A stretch of 64,000 nt of DNA from Sminthopsis crassicaudata (GCF_048593235.1 NC_133620.1:270149765-270213764), one strand, 5' to 3'; shown: positions 1-12,573, counted from the first letter of the stretch. The notes: generated from the letters alone by a model not told the origin. Made by a program: numbers and translations.

Positions 1-89
1 AAATGACTAAACAATAACCACAAATTGTATACAGAACATATACTGAAGTTATAGAACTGTTATATATAGTTATAGAACTTTCCTTTCTA

Positions 90-722
90 ATAAAAAACTA
101 TTAAGAAACATTTTCCCAAAAAGGTTGTGGTTATATATATACAGATGGAGGCAATCATTATTTAAATTTTCCATTCCCTGCAAAAGCACATTTTATCAAT
201 AATTAGAGATAACCTACAAATAAACAAAACAAATTTTATTTTAAAATTATGGTGATATGGAGTAGCATTAGAAAAGAGAGGTTTGAGTATATGTTGAATT
301 ATATGTTCTATTAAAGGGATAAAATATCCTAACCTATTTTTGGAGGTTATTTAATTGAGGGGAATGGAAAAATATATTCTTCTAGCTCTGACATAGAATG
401 AATCTTAATTCCCAAAGAGAAAAAATAAAAACAAGATTTACCCATGCTCCCTTTTGATTATTTCTACAACATTCAATAGGTCAAGAACCAGTAACCTAAG
501 GTCATCTATCAGGCTTTTCTTCCCTTCATCAATTTCTCCTTTTGATTTGACATTTGCTGTACTGATATTTTTTCTAGTAGAAACTGAAGCTGCTGAAGAG
601 TACACAGATGTCTGAAAAGGAAAAATACAAATTCAGCAAAACTTTATTACAGAATAAGTAGCTTAAAAATCATGTGGAAAGCAGTAAGCTAATTGTGGAA
701 AGGGGAAGTTGTCTAAAGAAAT
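90..722. repeat. Segmental duplication block A: paralog of CD2AP intron 16/exon 16/intron 15 (parent ~33520-34340)
   Basis: Collinear same-strand matches on both sides of the exon, e.g. gataacctacaaataa, aatcattatttaaatttt, gcttaaaaatcatgtggaaagcagtaagctaa, gttgtctaaagaaat. Confidence 0.93.
442..611 (-). CDS. Diverged paralogous copy of CD2AP exon 16 (exon 16'), open frame, intact splice sites; expression unknown
   Basis: ttgtatttttccttttcag|ACATCTGTG...GAGCATGG|gtaaat; 170 nt, phase 0/2; TSVYSSAASVSTRKNISTANVKSKGEIDEGKKSLIDDLRLLVLDLLNVVEIIKREH(G); by hand alignment 27/56 aa and ~74% nt identical to 34036-34211, with one 6-nt indel. Confidence 0.6.
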
Positions 723-1680
723 GATAGGAAACTTCTGGGGGTGGAATCAAGTACAGGAAGCCCTATAGCTAAACTTTCCCAACATTTACCTCCAAACAAC
801 TTTAAAATGAAGTCTTAAATTAAATTCTGGAGTAATAAAGCCAACAAAAGAATGGGGTAAGATGTTTTTCAGCCTGATACACATTATAAGGGCAAAAAGA
901 GAGATCTGTGATGCTAGTATATAAGCTAGTCCAGAACCCATAAGGCAGCAAGACTAGCTCTGGGTATCAGAAGCAGCAGTAGCCATCAGCAGCTTTGGCA
1001 GCTCCTGGTGAGAAAGAAAATACATGGGATATCTGTTCTAGTTCCAAATACAGGACCAGTGCTGTTTGAAAACTCCATTGTCTGTATCTATTTCTGTATC
1101 ATAGTTCTAGGCCATAAAAGAATGCTTTGGATCACAAGGGAGCAGGGATCTTGTGGAACTGCATCACTTGTGGTCACAAGGGAACAGGGATACTAATGAG
1201 TAGCATTGCTTGTGTTTTGAAAGGGATCAGGGGCCCTTCCTGGGTAAGGACCAGACCACAGACCTGGAGAGCAGTATTCACACCTCTCCACAGATCATAT
1301 CACTTTAAAAGCGCTGAAACCCCCCAGAACTAGCTCTGAGAACAACAGTGTGAGAATTCCTGAACTTGGGGTAATGCCCCTGTACTCTCACCCCAGGAAC
1401 AGAGTTCAATTTTAAAGTAAGGTTCAAAGTCAAGAAATAAGACTAAAAAATTTAACCAAGAAAGCAACAATAACAACAACAAAATAACCTGACCAATAGA
1501 AATTATTATAATAACATGGAAGATGATCAAGACACAAACTCAGAAGAAGAAATTATGTCAAAACAGTTACAAGTAACATCTCTGCTTCCTCTCCCAAAAA
1601 ACGTGAATTGTACACAAGCCCAATAAGAATCCCTGGAAGAGCTAAAATTATTTTGAAAATCAAATAAAATAAATACACAT
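723..1680 (+). mobile_element. Degenerate L1 5'UTR and ORF1 start
   Basis: Resembles the marsupial L1 5' region, with an ORF1 N-terminus-like segment (atggaagatgatcaagacacaaactcagaagaaga); many stops. Confidence 0.6.
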
Positions 1681-3400
1681 TATAAAACAAACTCAATAAA
1701 TCAATCAATATTTCTATATATCACCAACAAAGTCCTACAAGAACTAGTAAAAGATGCCCCATTTAAAATAACGTAAACTTTATAAAATATTTAGGAGTAT
1801 ACTTACCAAGACTCAGGAACTACTCATGACATGAACATAATTATAAAATATTTTTATACAAATAAAGATATATTTAAATAATTAAAGAAATATTAATTGT
1901 ACAAGAGCAGGCAGAGTCAACATACTAAAAATAATTTACCTAATCTATTTATTCAATGCCATCTCAATCAAACTACCAAAAATTATTTTACTAAGCTAGA
2001 AAAAATAATAATAAAATCCATTTCAAAAATCCAAAGGCTAATAAGATCAAAGGAATTTTTAAAAATGGAAAGGAAGGAGTATTAATAGTACCAGATCTTA
2101 TATTATAGAATACTATATACTATTATATAGAATTATACTATATTATAGAATCAGAAAATTATCAGATACTAGCTAAGAAAAGTGCATCAGTAGAATGGAG
2201 TAGACATACAATATACAGTATCAAATGATTATAGTATTTGACAAGTGTAAAGATTAGCTTTTGGGAACAAGTATACATTGTTTGGCAAAAAAAAAAAAAA
2301 TTGTTGGGAAAACTGGAAAGTCTGGCAGAAATTATATATAGACCAATATCTTACACTATTTTTCAAGAGAAGGTCAAAATAGATACAGAACACCCAAATA
2401 TAAAAGGAGATATTGTAAGAAAACTAGAAGAACATGGAACATCATCTATCAGACTTATGGAGAGGAGAAGAATTTATGAATAAACAAAAGATAGAAACCA
2501 TTGTGAGATGTAAAATGGATAATTTGATTACATTAAATTAAAAAGGAGGTGTACAAATAAAACCAATGTAGCCAAAATTAGAAGGAAAGAAGAAAATGGG
2601 AAAAATCTTATATGCAATTTCTTGGACAAAAATGTATAGAATTTTGTCAAATTTATATGAGTCATTCCCCAACTGATAAATGGTAAGTTTTTTATATATA
2701 AAGAAATCAAAACTATACATAGTCATATAAAAATGCCCTAAATCATTAGTGCTTAAAGAAATGCAAGCTAAAACAACTTGGAAATACCATCTCATTACTT
2801 ATTGGATTAGCAACAATGATAGAAAGGAGAAATAACAAATGTTATAGGAAATGTGAAATAAATGGGACATAAATACACTGTTTATGAATAACAACTGTGA
2901 ATGGATGTAACTATTTTGGAGTATAATTTGAAATTATGCCCAAAGAGTAATAAAACTGTATACCCTTTGATGCAGAAATACTAGTGTTAGATCAGGGGAA
3001 AAGGAAGAGAACTTATATGATCTAAAATATTTATAGCAGCTCTCTTTGTGATAGCTACGAAATAGAAATTGAAATGATGCCCATGAATTGGAGAATGACT
3101 AAACAAATTGTGCTTCACAATTGTGATGGAATGTTCCTATATTATGAGACATAATGAACTGGTTAATTTTAGAAAAAAATGGGAAATTTTGCATGAAATA
3201 ATAAAAAAGCTAAGTAAGCAGAACTAAGAAACATTATAACTAGTAACAGCAATATTGTTTGAATAATTATTACGAACAAGTTATTCTAGGTATTATAAAC
3301 ACTCCAATCAACAACAAAAGATCTATGAGAAGAAAGATACTATCCACCTCCACAGAAAGAACTGATAAACAGAAAGAAGTAGGCATAATATTGTTTTATA
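1681..3400 (+). mobile_element. Degenerate L1 ORF2 3' half and 3'UTR
   Basis: L1 ORF2 C-terminal motifs (aaatatttaggagtatacttaccaagac; ctatttattcaatgcc; ccctttgatgcagaaatacta); frameshifted. Confidence 0.85.
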
Positions 3401-3859
3401 CATATTTATTTATTTCCAGATATATTGTAAAGACTTTATTTCTTTAAATAGAAAAAGTTGCTGGCAAGAGAATCTGGTAAAGAAAATACCAGCAAAGCAT
3501 AAAGTAAAAATACTAAAGACTTTTGACAAAATTATATAAAGAAAAAAAATCTTAACTAAATGCTATATATTTCCACTGAAAGTCTATGAAAGTTCTGTAT
3601 CTGACATATATATATGTGACTAAATTCTAACATATTTATATATGCATATATATGTGTTTCTCTATATTTGTATGCAGAAATATATGCATGTATATACATG
3701 CATGTAATATATACAAGCATATACATATAGGTATGTATGTGTATATATATAAACATATACATATAGTTATAAATCTGTGTTAAAGGGTAACATTTTCTAG
3801 TATAAGGAGGAAGAGATAGAGGAATATAGTTCAAATCTTAAAATGTAACAAATAATAAA

Positions 3860-6800
3860 TTAAATTTAAAAAATCAAATAAGAAAAAATCTAGAAAAGAA
3901 ATGAGTGAGGCAAGAAAATTATGAAAACAATTAACAGCTTGGTAAAAGCAGCACAAAAAATACTGGGGAAGAGAGACTCCTTAAAAACATTAGTAGTCCA
4001 CACCTGTCAGATTGGCTAAGATGACAGGAACAAATAACGATGAATGTTGGAGGGGATGTGGGAAAACTGGGACACTGATACATTGTTGGTGGAGTTGTGA
4101 AAGAATCCAGCCATTCTGGAGAGCAATTTGGAACTATGCCCAAAAAGTTGTCAAACTGTGCATACCCTTTGACCCAGCATTTCTGTTATTGGGATTATAT
4201 CCCAAAGAAATACTAAAGAGTGGAAAGGGACCTGTATGTGCCAAAATGTTTGTGGCAGCTCTGTTGTAGCTAGAAACTGGAAGTTGAATGGATGTCCATC
4301 AATTGGAGAATGGTTGGGTAAATTGTGGTATATGAAGGTTATGGAATATTATTGCTCTGTAAGAAATGACCAGCAGGAGGAATACAGAGAGGCTTGGAGA
4401 GACTTACATCAACTGTTGCTAAGTGAAATCGGCAGAACCAGAAGATCACTATACACTTCAACAACAATACTGTATGAGGATGTATTCTGATGGAAGTGGA
4501 AATCTTCAACATAAAGAAGATCCAACTCACTTCCAGTTGATCAATGATGGACAGAAATAATTATACCCAGAGAAGGAACACTGGGAAGCGAATGTAAATT
4601 GTTAGCACTACTGTCTATCTACCCAGGTTACTTATACCTTCGGAAGCTAATAATTAATGTGCAACAAGAAAATGGTATTTATACACATATATTGTATCTA
4701 GGTTATATTGTAACACATGTAAAATGTATGGGATTACCTGCCATCGGAGGGAGGGAGTGGAGGGAGGGAGGGGATAATTTGGAAAAATGAATAAAAAAAA
4801 ACAACATTAGTAGTCAAATGGAAAAATAAAAATAAAAGATCATTGAGGAAAATCATTCCTTAAAAATTAGAATCAGGCAAATGACAGCTAGAGATTCCAT
4901 GAAATATCAAGAAACAATGCAACAAAGTCAAAAGAATACAAAAATAAAAGACAATGTGAAATATTTCATTGGGGGAAAAAACTGATCTGAAAAACCAGGT
5001 AGAGATAATTTAAGAATGATTTGACTACTTGCAATCCATGATCAGAGAATGAACCTAGACATCATTTTTCAAGAAACTACAGAGGAAAATTGCTCTGATA
5101 ACCTAGAACCAGAGGGCAAAATAGACATTTAAAGAAATATACTGCTCACCACCTGGAAACCATTCCAAAATGAAAACTCCCAGGAATATTATAACTGAAT
5201 TTCAGAGCTCCCAGGTCAATGAGAAAATACTTCAAGAAATCAGAGAGAACAAAAAAAAAAGTTAAATACCTAAATAAAGATCAGTTAAGATCACATAGAT
5301 TTAGCCACCACCACATTAAAGGAGCAGAAGTCTTGGAATATAATATTCTGGAAGGCCAAAAGAGCTAGGATTAGAATCAAGAATAATGTACCCAGAAAAA
5401 GTAAGTATAATTGGGGAAGGGGGAGGGAAAGGAATTGGATATTAAGTGAAATAGAAAAAGTTTTGAGCATTCCTAATAAAAAAAGCAAGGATTGAATAGA
5501 AAATATTATTTTCAAATACAAAACTTATAAGAAGCATAAAGAGGCAAATTTGAAAGAGAAACATAATAGACTCAATAAGGTTAAACTTTGATATAACTTC
5601 TAAGAAATTATTATTATTAGAACAATTAGAAGGACTATACATAGATAAAAGAAAGAGGAATGGGTTGATTATTTGGGGAAAATCTTAAAAAAAAAACCCT
5701 GGATGGGCTAGAAAAGGGGGAATATAAAGAGGAAGAATGGATGAAATTATCTCACATAAAAGAGGCACAAGAATGAAGGCTTTTACAGAGGAGGGGAAAA
5801 TATTGGAAGAAGAATGAGCAATGTCTAAACCTCACATCTGAACTGTTTCAAAGAGAGAAGAATATATATGTGTACATGTATACATGTATACTCATAATTG
5901 GGTACAGAAATTTCTCTTACTCAACAGGGCAGAAAGAGGGGAAGGGAAAAAGAAAAAAAGGTGATACGATAACAGGGAAAGGAGATTGAAAGTCAATGAT
6001 AAGGAGAAAAACTGATTTTTTAGTGGGATGAAAGAAAAAGAAATGGATGAACAACAGAAAATAGGATGGAGGGAAATGCAAAGTTAGCAATCATAACAGT
6101 GACTGTAAATGGGATGAATTCACCCATAAAGAAGCAGATAGCAGAATGGATTAAAAAAGAATCCAACACTATGTAATACACAAGAAATAAAATTGAAACA
6201 GAAGGATATAAATAGTGTTAAAATAAGGTACTAGAACAGAATTCAGTATGGTTTTGCTGAAGAAAAAAAGGCAGCAGTGGAAATCATGCTGTCAAAGCAA
6301 ATGCAAAAATAGACCTAATTAAAAGAGGTAAATAGGGACATTATATCTTGCTAAAAAGTACCACAGACAAGGAAGTGATATCACTACTAAATGTATACAC
6401 CAAACAGCATATCATCCAAATCCTTGAAGAAAAGTATAATGATTTAGAGGAGGTAATTAAAAGTAAATGCTATATTCATGTGGAGCCCTCAACTTCACCC
6501 TCTCAGAGCTAGATAAATTTAACCATAAAAATAAATAGGAAAAAATTTATGATGATAAATAGAATTTTAGAAAATTTAAATATAATTAAACCTCTGGAGA
6601 AACCTGAATGTGAATAGAATATGTTTTTCTCAGCTATACATAGTACTTTCTCAAATATACTATGGCATAAAAAGCTCACCAAAAATTCAGAAAATAGAAA
6701 TATTAAATGCATTAATGCACTGAATGCAATAATGCAAAATAAAATTATATTTAATCAAGGGCCGTGCAAGCATAAATTAAAATTAATTGGAAACTAATAT

Positions 6801-7720
6801 TATCCTAAAAAATTACTATGTCAAAGAAGAAATCATATAAACAATCAATAATTTCATTAAAGAGAATAACAGAGATGAAGTAATATACCAAAATTTGAGG
6901 TATGTGGCAAAAGCAGTACTTGAGAGAAATTTATACTCTAAATGTAAATATATCAACAAAAAGCAAATAGCAGATCAATTAAACAGGCATTCAACTATAA
7001 GAAAACTTTAAAAAGAACAAATTAAAAATTTGCAATTAAACACCAAAATGGAAATAATGAAAATCAAAGGAAGTTAATAAAATTGAAAGTTTAAAAAATT
7101 TAATTAATAAAATTAGGAGCTAGCTTTATGAAAAAAAGTGGATAAACCATTGGTTATTTTGATTACAAATAGAACCAGACTTCCAGAAACCAAAATTAAA
7201 AGGACAAATGTACCACCAAATAAAGAAAAAATTAAAGCAGTTATTAGGAACTATTTTTCCCAATTATATGCCAGTAAAACTGACAATCTAAATGAAAAAT
7301 ATGGATATTTGAAAAGCAGAAATTGCATAGATTAACAGAAGGAGGAATAACATATTTAAATAATCCTATTAAAAAAAATGAAAATGAAAACCATAAATGA
7401 GCTCCGTAAGAAAAAGTCAACAGGAGTAGATAAGATTCACAAGTGGATTCTATCAAATGTGCAAGAAATAATACCTCACAATACTATATAAAGTATTTGA
7501 AATAAAGTTGAAAAAGTCCTATTAAATTCCTTTTATGACTAAATATGGTTTGGATTCTTAAATTTGGGAGAGAGCAAAAACAAAAAGAAAGCTACAGGTA
7601 AATTTCTCCTAATTAATATTCATGCAAAAAATTTATGATTATAGCATTATATCACAAAAGTCACACACTGTTACCCAAAGGGATTTGTACCAAGCGTGTG
7701 GGCTGATTTAATATAAGGAA
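3860..7720 (+). mobile_element. Old L1: ORF1, inter-ORF region, ORF2 endonuclease to RT start (interrupted by a younger L1 at 3999-4802)
   Basis: ORF1-like coiled-coil/RRM segments; endonuclease start at ~6090 (gtaaatgggatgaattcacccataaa); heavily disrupted. Confidence 0.88.
3999..4802 (+). mobile_element. Young 5'-truncated L1 with 13-bp TSD
   Basis: ORF2 C-terminus ([22 protein letters not shown]), 3'UTR and A-tail; TSD aacattagtagtc at 3986-3998 and 4803-4815. Confidence 0.95.
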
Positions 7721-7812
7721 AAAAACTATAATCAAACTAACTATATTTCAAAGCATTAATCATCAAAACAACCTAATGATGGTGGAGCAGTGGAATAGAT
7801 TAGATATACAAA

Positions 7813-8048
7813 GTTGTTGTTTGTCCTTTGTTCTCAAAGAGGACAGTGACTTCAGGGAAGTGATGGCTTGAAAGTGAATTGGATTTAAGTGAGGGAGGAT
7901 TATGCAAGGTCACTTGCCTCACTTTCCTCTCTAGAACCATCAGCATCCAATGGCCAGATATAAATCAGGAGACTGGAGATTGCATTAGATGCAATATGCA
8001 ACCTTGGTTTTTTATAAGCTAAGATATTTAACAGGTCTCAGTTTGACT
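7813..8048 (-). mobile_element. RTE-dependent marsupial SINE (WALLSI-like)
   Basis: Begins gttgttgtttgtcctttgttctcaaagagg, i.e. a (CAA)n tail on minus; family assignment from recall. Confidence 0.6.
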
Positions 8049-8869
8049 AGAATTTAAAAAATTATTTATTGTCTATTATATGCCAAGTAACATAGAAGGT
8101 ACTGAGGTTACAATGACAAAAGTAAAATTTTAGTCCTTGAACTCAAAAAGATGATAATCAATCATAGGGAAAAATAAGAGAACATATTCACAAATGTGAA
8201 ATAACTAAAAAGTAAATGAAACACATTGAAGAGGTAAAAAGATAACAATATCTGAAATGATCAGTAAAAAACTTCATGTTACTAATAAGACTAATAAGTG
8301 CAACTTGAGCTGAGCTTTAATGGCAGTTACAGAAACATCAAGTCTGGCCACACAAAAAAATACAACACACTAAATAGAGTGAAGGTAATAATACATTTTA
8401 TATTACTTTTGTCTTTACTGTATTATGTCTTTACTGTATTAACAATTAAAGCTACATAAATTATTTTCTGGTGTTTTACAACATAGGATTTACTGTAAAA
8501 CAAAGCAATCAAGAATGGTACAACATATGATTTACTGGGAAACAAAGCAATCAAGAATGGCAGGTTTTTCCTAAATCATACTATCATAAACAATTATCAA
8601 AACTTTATGAAGTAGAAAAAATTTTGGGAAGATAGCAAAGTCAGAAAACTTTCAACTCTCCAAATTTCCTCTCAAAAAAAAAAAAAAGACAGAACATGTT
8701 GTTAATGCAGTAGAAATAAATATGGGTAAATACATTAATTGTCTCTAAAGATAATTTTAAAAGGTCATCAGGAAAGATGACCTCCAGAGGCAGAGGTTTT
8801 GCCTGAGAGAAATGCAAACATCTCCAGGCCAACTCTGAAGAATCAAGAAACAAGCCTTGGGAACAGCTG

Positions 8870-10260
8870 GGTTGAGAAGGGTTTACAATATACAGTAATA
8901 AATGACATTAATCTAGCATTTGATAAACCCAAACATCAAAATTTGGAGGGCAAAAAATTCACTAGGTTGTCAAAAATTTTTGGACAACTATAAATCACTT
9001 TGGCAGAAACTAAACAAAGACTAATATCTCACCCCATTTGCCAAGTGAATAAATGATTTAGACATAAAAGGTGATTACATAAATAAAATAGGGAAGCATG
9101 GAAAATTTTGTCTCCCAGATTTATAGATAAAAGTTTATGACCAAACAAAAAATAGAAAGGATCATGAGAGGTAAAATAAATGACTTTGATTATATGCAAT
9201 TTAAACATTTTTGCACAAATAAGCCATGCAGCCAAAATTAGAGAGCAGAAAACTGAGGGAAAAATTTTTACAGCAGATTTCTCTGATAAAGGCTTTTTAA
9301 AAAAATTAAATATATAAGAAACCAAGCCAAATTTATAAAAACAAAGCATTCATCAATTTAGGGGTGGATAAAGGGCATGAACAGGCATTTTATGTAGGGG
9401 GGAAAAAGCTATCATAGTCACAAGAAAAAATGCTCTAAATCATCAATTAGAGAAATGCAAATTAAAACATCTCATTCATAGCATCTCACACTTATCAGAT
9501 CAGCCAAAATGACAGAAAAGGAAAGTGACAAGGAATATGGAAAAATAGCTACACTAAAACATTGTTGGTAGAGTTGTGATCCAGTCCAACCATTCTAGAG
9601 AAGAATTTTAAAACACACCTAAAGGGCTAAAAAAGCAAACAAGCAAACAAACTTCACTCTCTTTAACCCAGTCATATCTCTCTTAGGTGTCCCAAAAAGA
9701 TTAAAGAAAAAGGAAAAGGATGTATATGTACAAAAAATATTTATAGTAGGTCTTATTATGATAAAGAATTTGAAATTGAGGTGATCCTCATGAATTTGTG
9801 AATGGCTGAAGAAATTGTGGTATATGACTGTGATGGAACATAATTGTACTATAGAAATGATAAGCAGAATGATCTCAAAAGACTTAATAATACTTGTACA
9901 TCAGCAAAATAACTGTTTGGACATGTATACATATATTGTATTTAATTTATATTTTAACATATGTAACATGTATTGGTCAACCTGCCATCTGGAGGGGAGG
10001 GTGAGGGGAAGGAGGGGAAAAGTTGGAACAAAAGGCTTGGCAATTGTCAATGCTGTAAAATTGCCCATGCCTATATCTTGTAAATAAAAAGCTATAGTAA
10101 AAAAAAAAAAATTTAAGAATACTTGTACATAGTAACAGCACTATTGTGAGGATGAAAGAATTACTCTGATTAAGAAAATGATCTAAGATAATTCTAAAGA
10201 ACTCACAATGAAAAATACTATTCAGCTCCAGGGAAAGAACTGATGAATTCTTAATATAGA
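8870..10260 (+). mobile_element. Degenerate L1 ORF2 3' part and 3'UTR
   Basis: ctagcatttgataaacccaaa, cattgttggtagagttgtga and other L1 C-terminal motifs; many stops. Confidence 0.85.
9902..10117 (+). mobile_element. Young L1 3'-tail insertion with 13-bp TSD
   Basis: G-rich 3'UTR plus A-tail; TSD aatacttgtacat at 9889-9901 and 10118-10130. Confidence 0.92.
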
Positions 10261-10296
10261 TTGAAGCTTACTTTTTTTTTTTTCTTTCTTTCTTTT

Positions 10297-10330
<34 letters not shown>

Positions 10331-10719
10331 CTGTGTGTGTTTTCTTTAGCAACATGACTAATATGGAAATGTTTTTCATGACTTCACAGCTATAACTGAT
10401 GTGATATTGCTTGCCTTCTCAATGGATAGGGGAGATGGCTAGCTGGAGATAAGATTTTTTAAATTTTAAATTTCAATTGAAATATTAAAATTTTAATATC
10501 AATATTAAAATATTTATAATAAATTGGCATCAAAATAGTAAATATTAAAAATTAATGAATTAAATTTTTAAAGGAAAATCAATTAGAAGTTCAATGTCAA
10601 ATACATGTTGTCTTATCTAAAATAACTACTCAATAAACATAAAAAACACATGATTAACATCAAAAGGGAAACATTGTATATAATTAAAATATTTAAAGAT
10701 ATTAAAAATATAAGTATTT

Positions 10720-10957
10720 TTGCTGTTAAATCATTTTGGTCCTACCCAACCTCCATCTGAGCACATTTGAGGGAATTTTGGCAAAGATTGTGGAGTGATT
10801 TGCCAAATTATTTCCTTCTCTGACTCAGAAAACTGAAGCAAACAGATTTTGGTGATCTGTCCAAGGTCACATAGCTAGGTGTCTGATGCAGAATTTGAAT
10901 CCAGATCTTCTTGACTCTTAGTGCAGCACTCTATCCACTGCCCTATCTAACTGCCCC
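10720..10957 (-). mobile_element. Mar1/MIR-type CORE-SINE
   Basis: ttggcaaagat...gtttgccaaattatttccttctc...ggtcacatagctag...ccactgccctatctaactgcccc. Confidence 0.8.
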
Positions 10958-11119
10958 AACAATGCAAAATAGTTCAGAAAAGCTCCTGTGATCAGTGGCT
11001 ACATTAAAAGCAGCACAGTGCCCAAATTGAAAATCTTACTATAAGACTACTTCATCAGAGCGCATGTGGAATATTGTGAAGTTCTGTGCACCCAAATTTT
11101 AGGGGTCTTGGCTCTCGGT

Positions 11120-11723
11120 TAATTTTACCTTGGCTTTTTCTATTATAAGGGAAGGCTAAATAAATGGTGGTAGAGTTAGGTCTGGAAATGACTCTGGTAT
11201 AAACTCAAAAGGCATTTATAAATAATATAGAGGAAAAGAAAAATATTTCTGAAAATCTGGATAATTAATAAATTTTCTAGGATAAATTTCCTTAAAGATG
11301 TGTGTGGGATAAAATCATTTTAAATGTTATAATTCAGTATTTTAGTATTCTGAGTTATTACAATGAAAATATATTTCCAAAAATGAATAATATATATTCT
11401 GGTTAATAATAAGAACAAGCATGAATACAGTGTTTTAATGTTTGCAAAGCACTTTACAAATATCTCATTTTATCTTTACTATAATCCTGGGAATCAGGTG
11501 CTATTATCAGAGCCATTTTATAGTAAAGGAACCTGAGGCTAAGTAACTTGTCTAAAGTCACAGAGCCTAATAAGTGTCTGAGGTCATATTTGAATTTATA
11601 TCTTTCTTGCACTATATCCACTATATCACTTAATTGTCTCTTAGATTTACTAAAACATACAATAAATACAGTGGGTTTGAAAAAGAAAATAAAAGATCAT
11701 TAAAGGGATTAAAAAGCCAATTA

Positions 11724-11785
<62 letters not shown>

Positions 11786-12350
11786 TGAGTTTTGGGGGTT
11801 TTTTTGAGGAGAGAAAAAAATTATAGCATTTAAAATTATTCTACAAAAAACTTTTTAGCAATATAATTTGTGAAAATAGGATGTATTTATCAAAAATGAT
11901 CTTCAGCAGCAAAGCTTAAAGGGCATTCTTTATGTGCACTATAATTTAGTTCCTTTCTTGCTTTTTTCTTTGCAAATAATTCCCTTCTTTAATCTATTTA
12001 GATAGTTAAGTGGCTCAGTAGAATTGAATTTGGAAATACCTAAGATTCAAATATAGGTTTTGGAACTTACTAGCTGAATAATCCTGGGAACCTCTATTTT
12101 CCTCAGTTTTCTTCATTTGTAAAATAGAGATGTCAGTAAGCACTATATCAATACCGGCTATTATCACTTCCTTATAAAAATGTATTTTACAATTTCCTTG
12201 TGTTCTACATATTTGAACTTGTAAACCATGATTTAAAAAGAGTACTCATAAAATCAATGGCTGATATCTTAGTTTACTTTTAAAAGTCCATATATGCATT
12301 AAAATCAATCAAGTGAAACATGTATTAAGCACCTACTATATATGCTAGAC
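11120..12350. repeat. Segmental duplication block B: paralog of CD2AP intron 15 (parent ~35830-37400)
   Basis: Collinear matches in unique sequence and shared old MIR/L2 copies: ctttttctattataag, ctggataattaataaattttctaggataaa, gttattacaatgaaaat, tgggtttgaa, aaagggcattcttta, gttctacatatttgaacttgtaaacc, aaatcaatcaa. Confidence 0.9.
11728..11781. repeat. (TA)27 microsatellite
   Basis: Perfect TA run. Confidence 0.97.
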
Positions 12351-12573
12351 CAGTGGTCCTCAAACTTTTTAAATAGGAGGCCTGTTCACTGTCCCTCAGA
12401 CTGTTGGAGGGCTGGACACTGTCTCTGCCGCCTCAGCCCAGTGCTGGAAGTGTGCATTGCTAACACGAGTTTAGGTCGAAAGTCACTTCGGGTCTGATTT
12501 TGCCATAGGCGGGCCACATAAAAGTCCTCAATGGGCCACATCTGGCCCATGGGCCGTAATTTGAGGACCCCTG
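12351..12573. mobile_element. hAT MITE resembling OposCharlie1 (OC1), 223 bp
   Basis: TIRs cagtggtcctcaaact / rc caggggtcctcaaatt (14/16); left flank tgctagac fits the Charlie-type target, right flank taagac is only a partial TSD; retains several CpGs. Confidence 0.85.

Noticed and set aside
4012-4490. Plus-strand ORFs of 84-85 aa
   Set aside because: They are the L1 ORF2 C-terminus in a truncated, TSD-flanked insertion, not a host gene.
11129-11155. Possible 27-nt phase-0 microexon (PSLIIEKAK) upstream of exon 16'
   Set aside because: It lies in sequence paralogous to plain parent intron (~35830-35880), where the donor is absent; the pyrimidine tract is weak, so it is likely chance.
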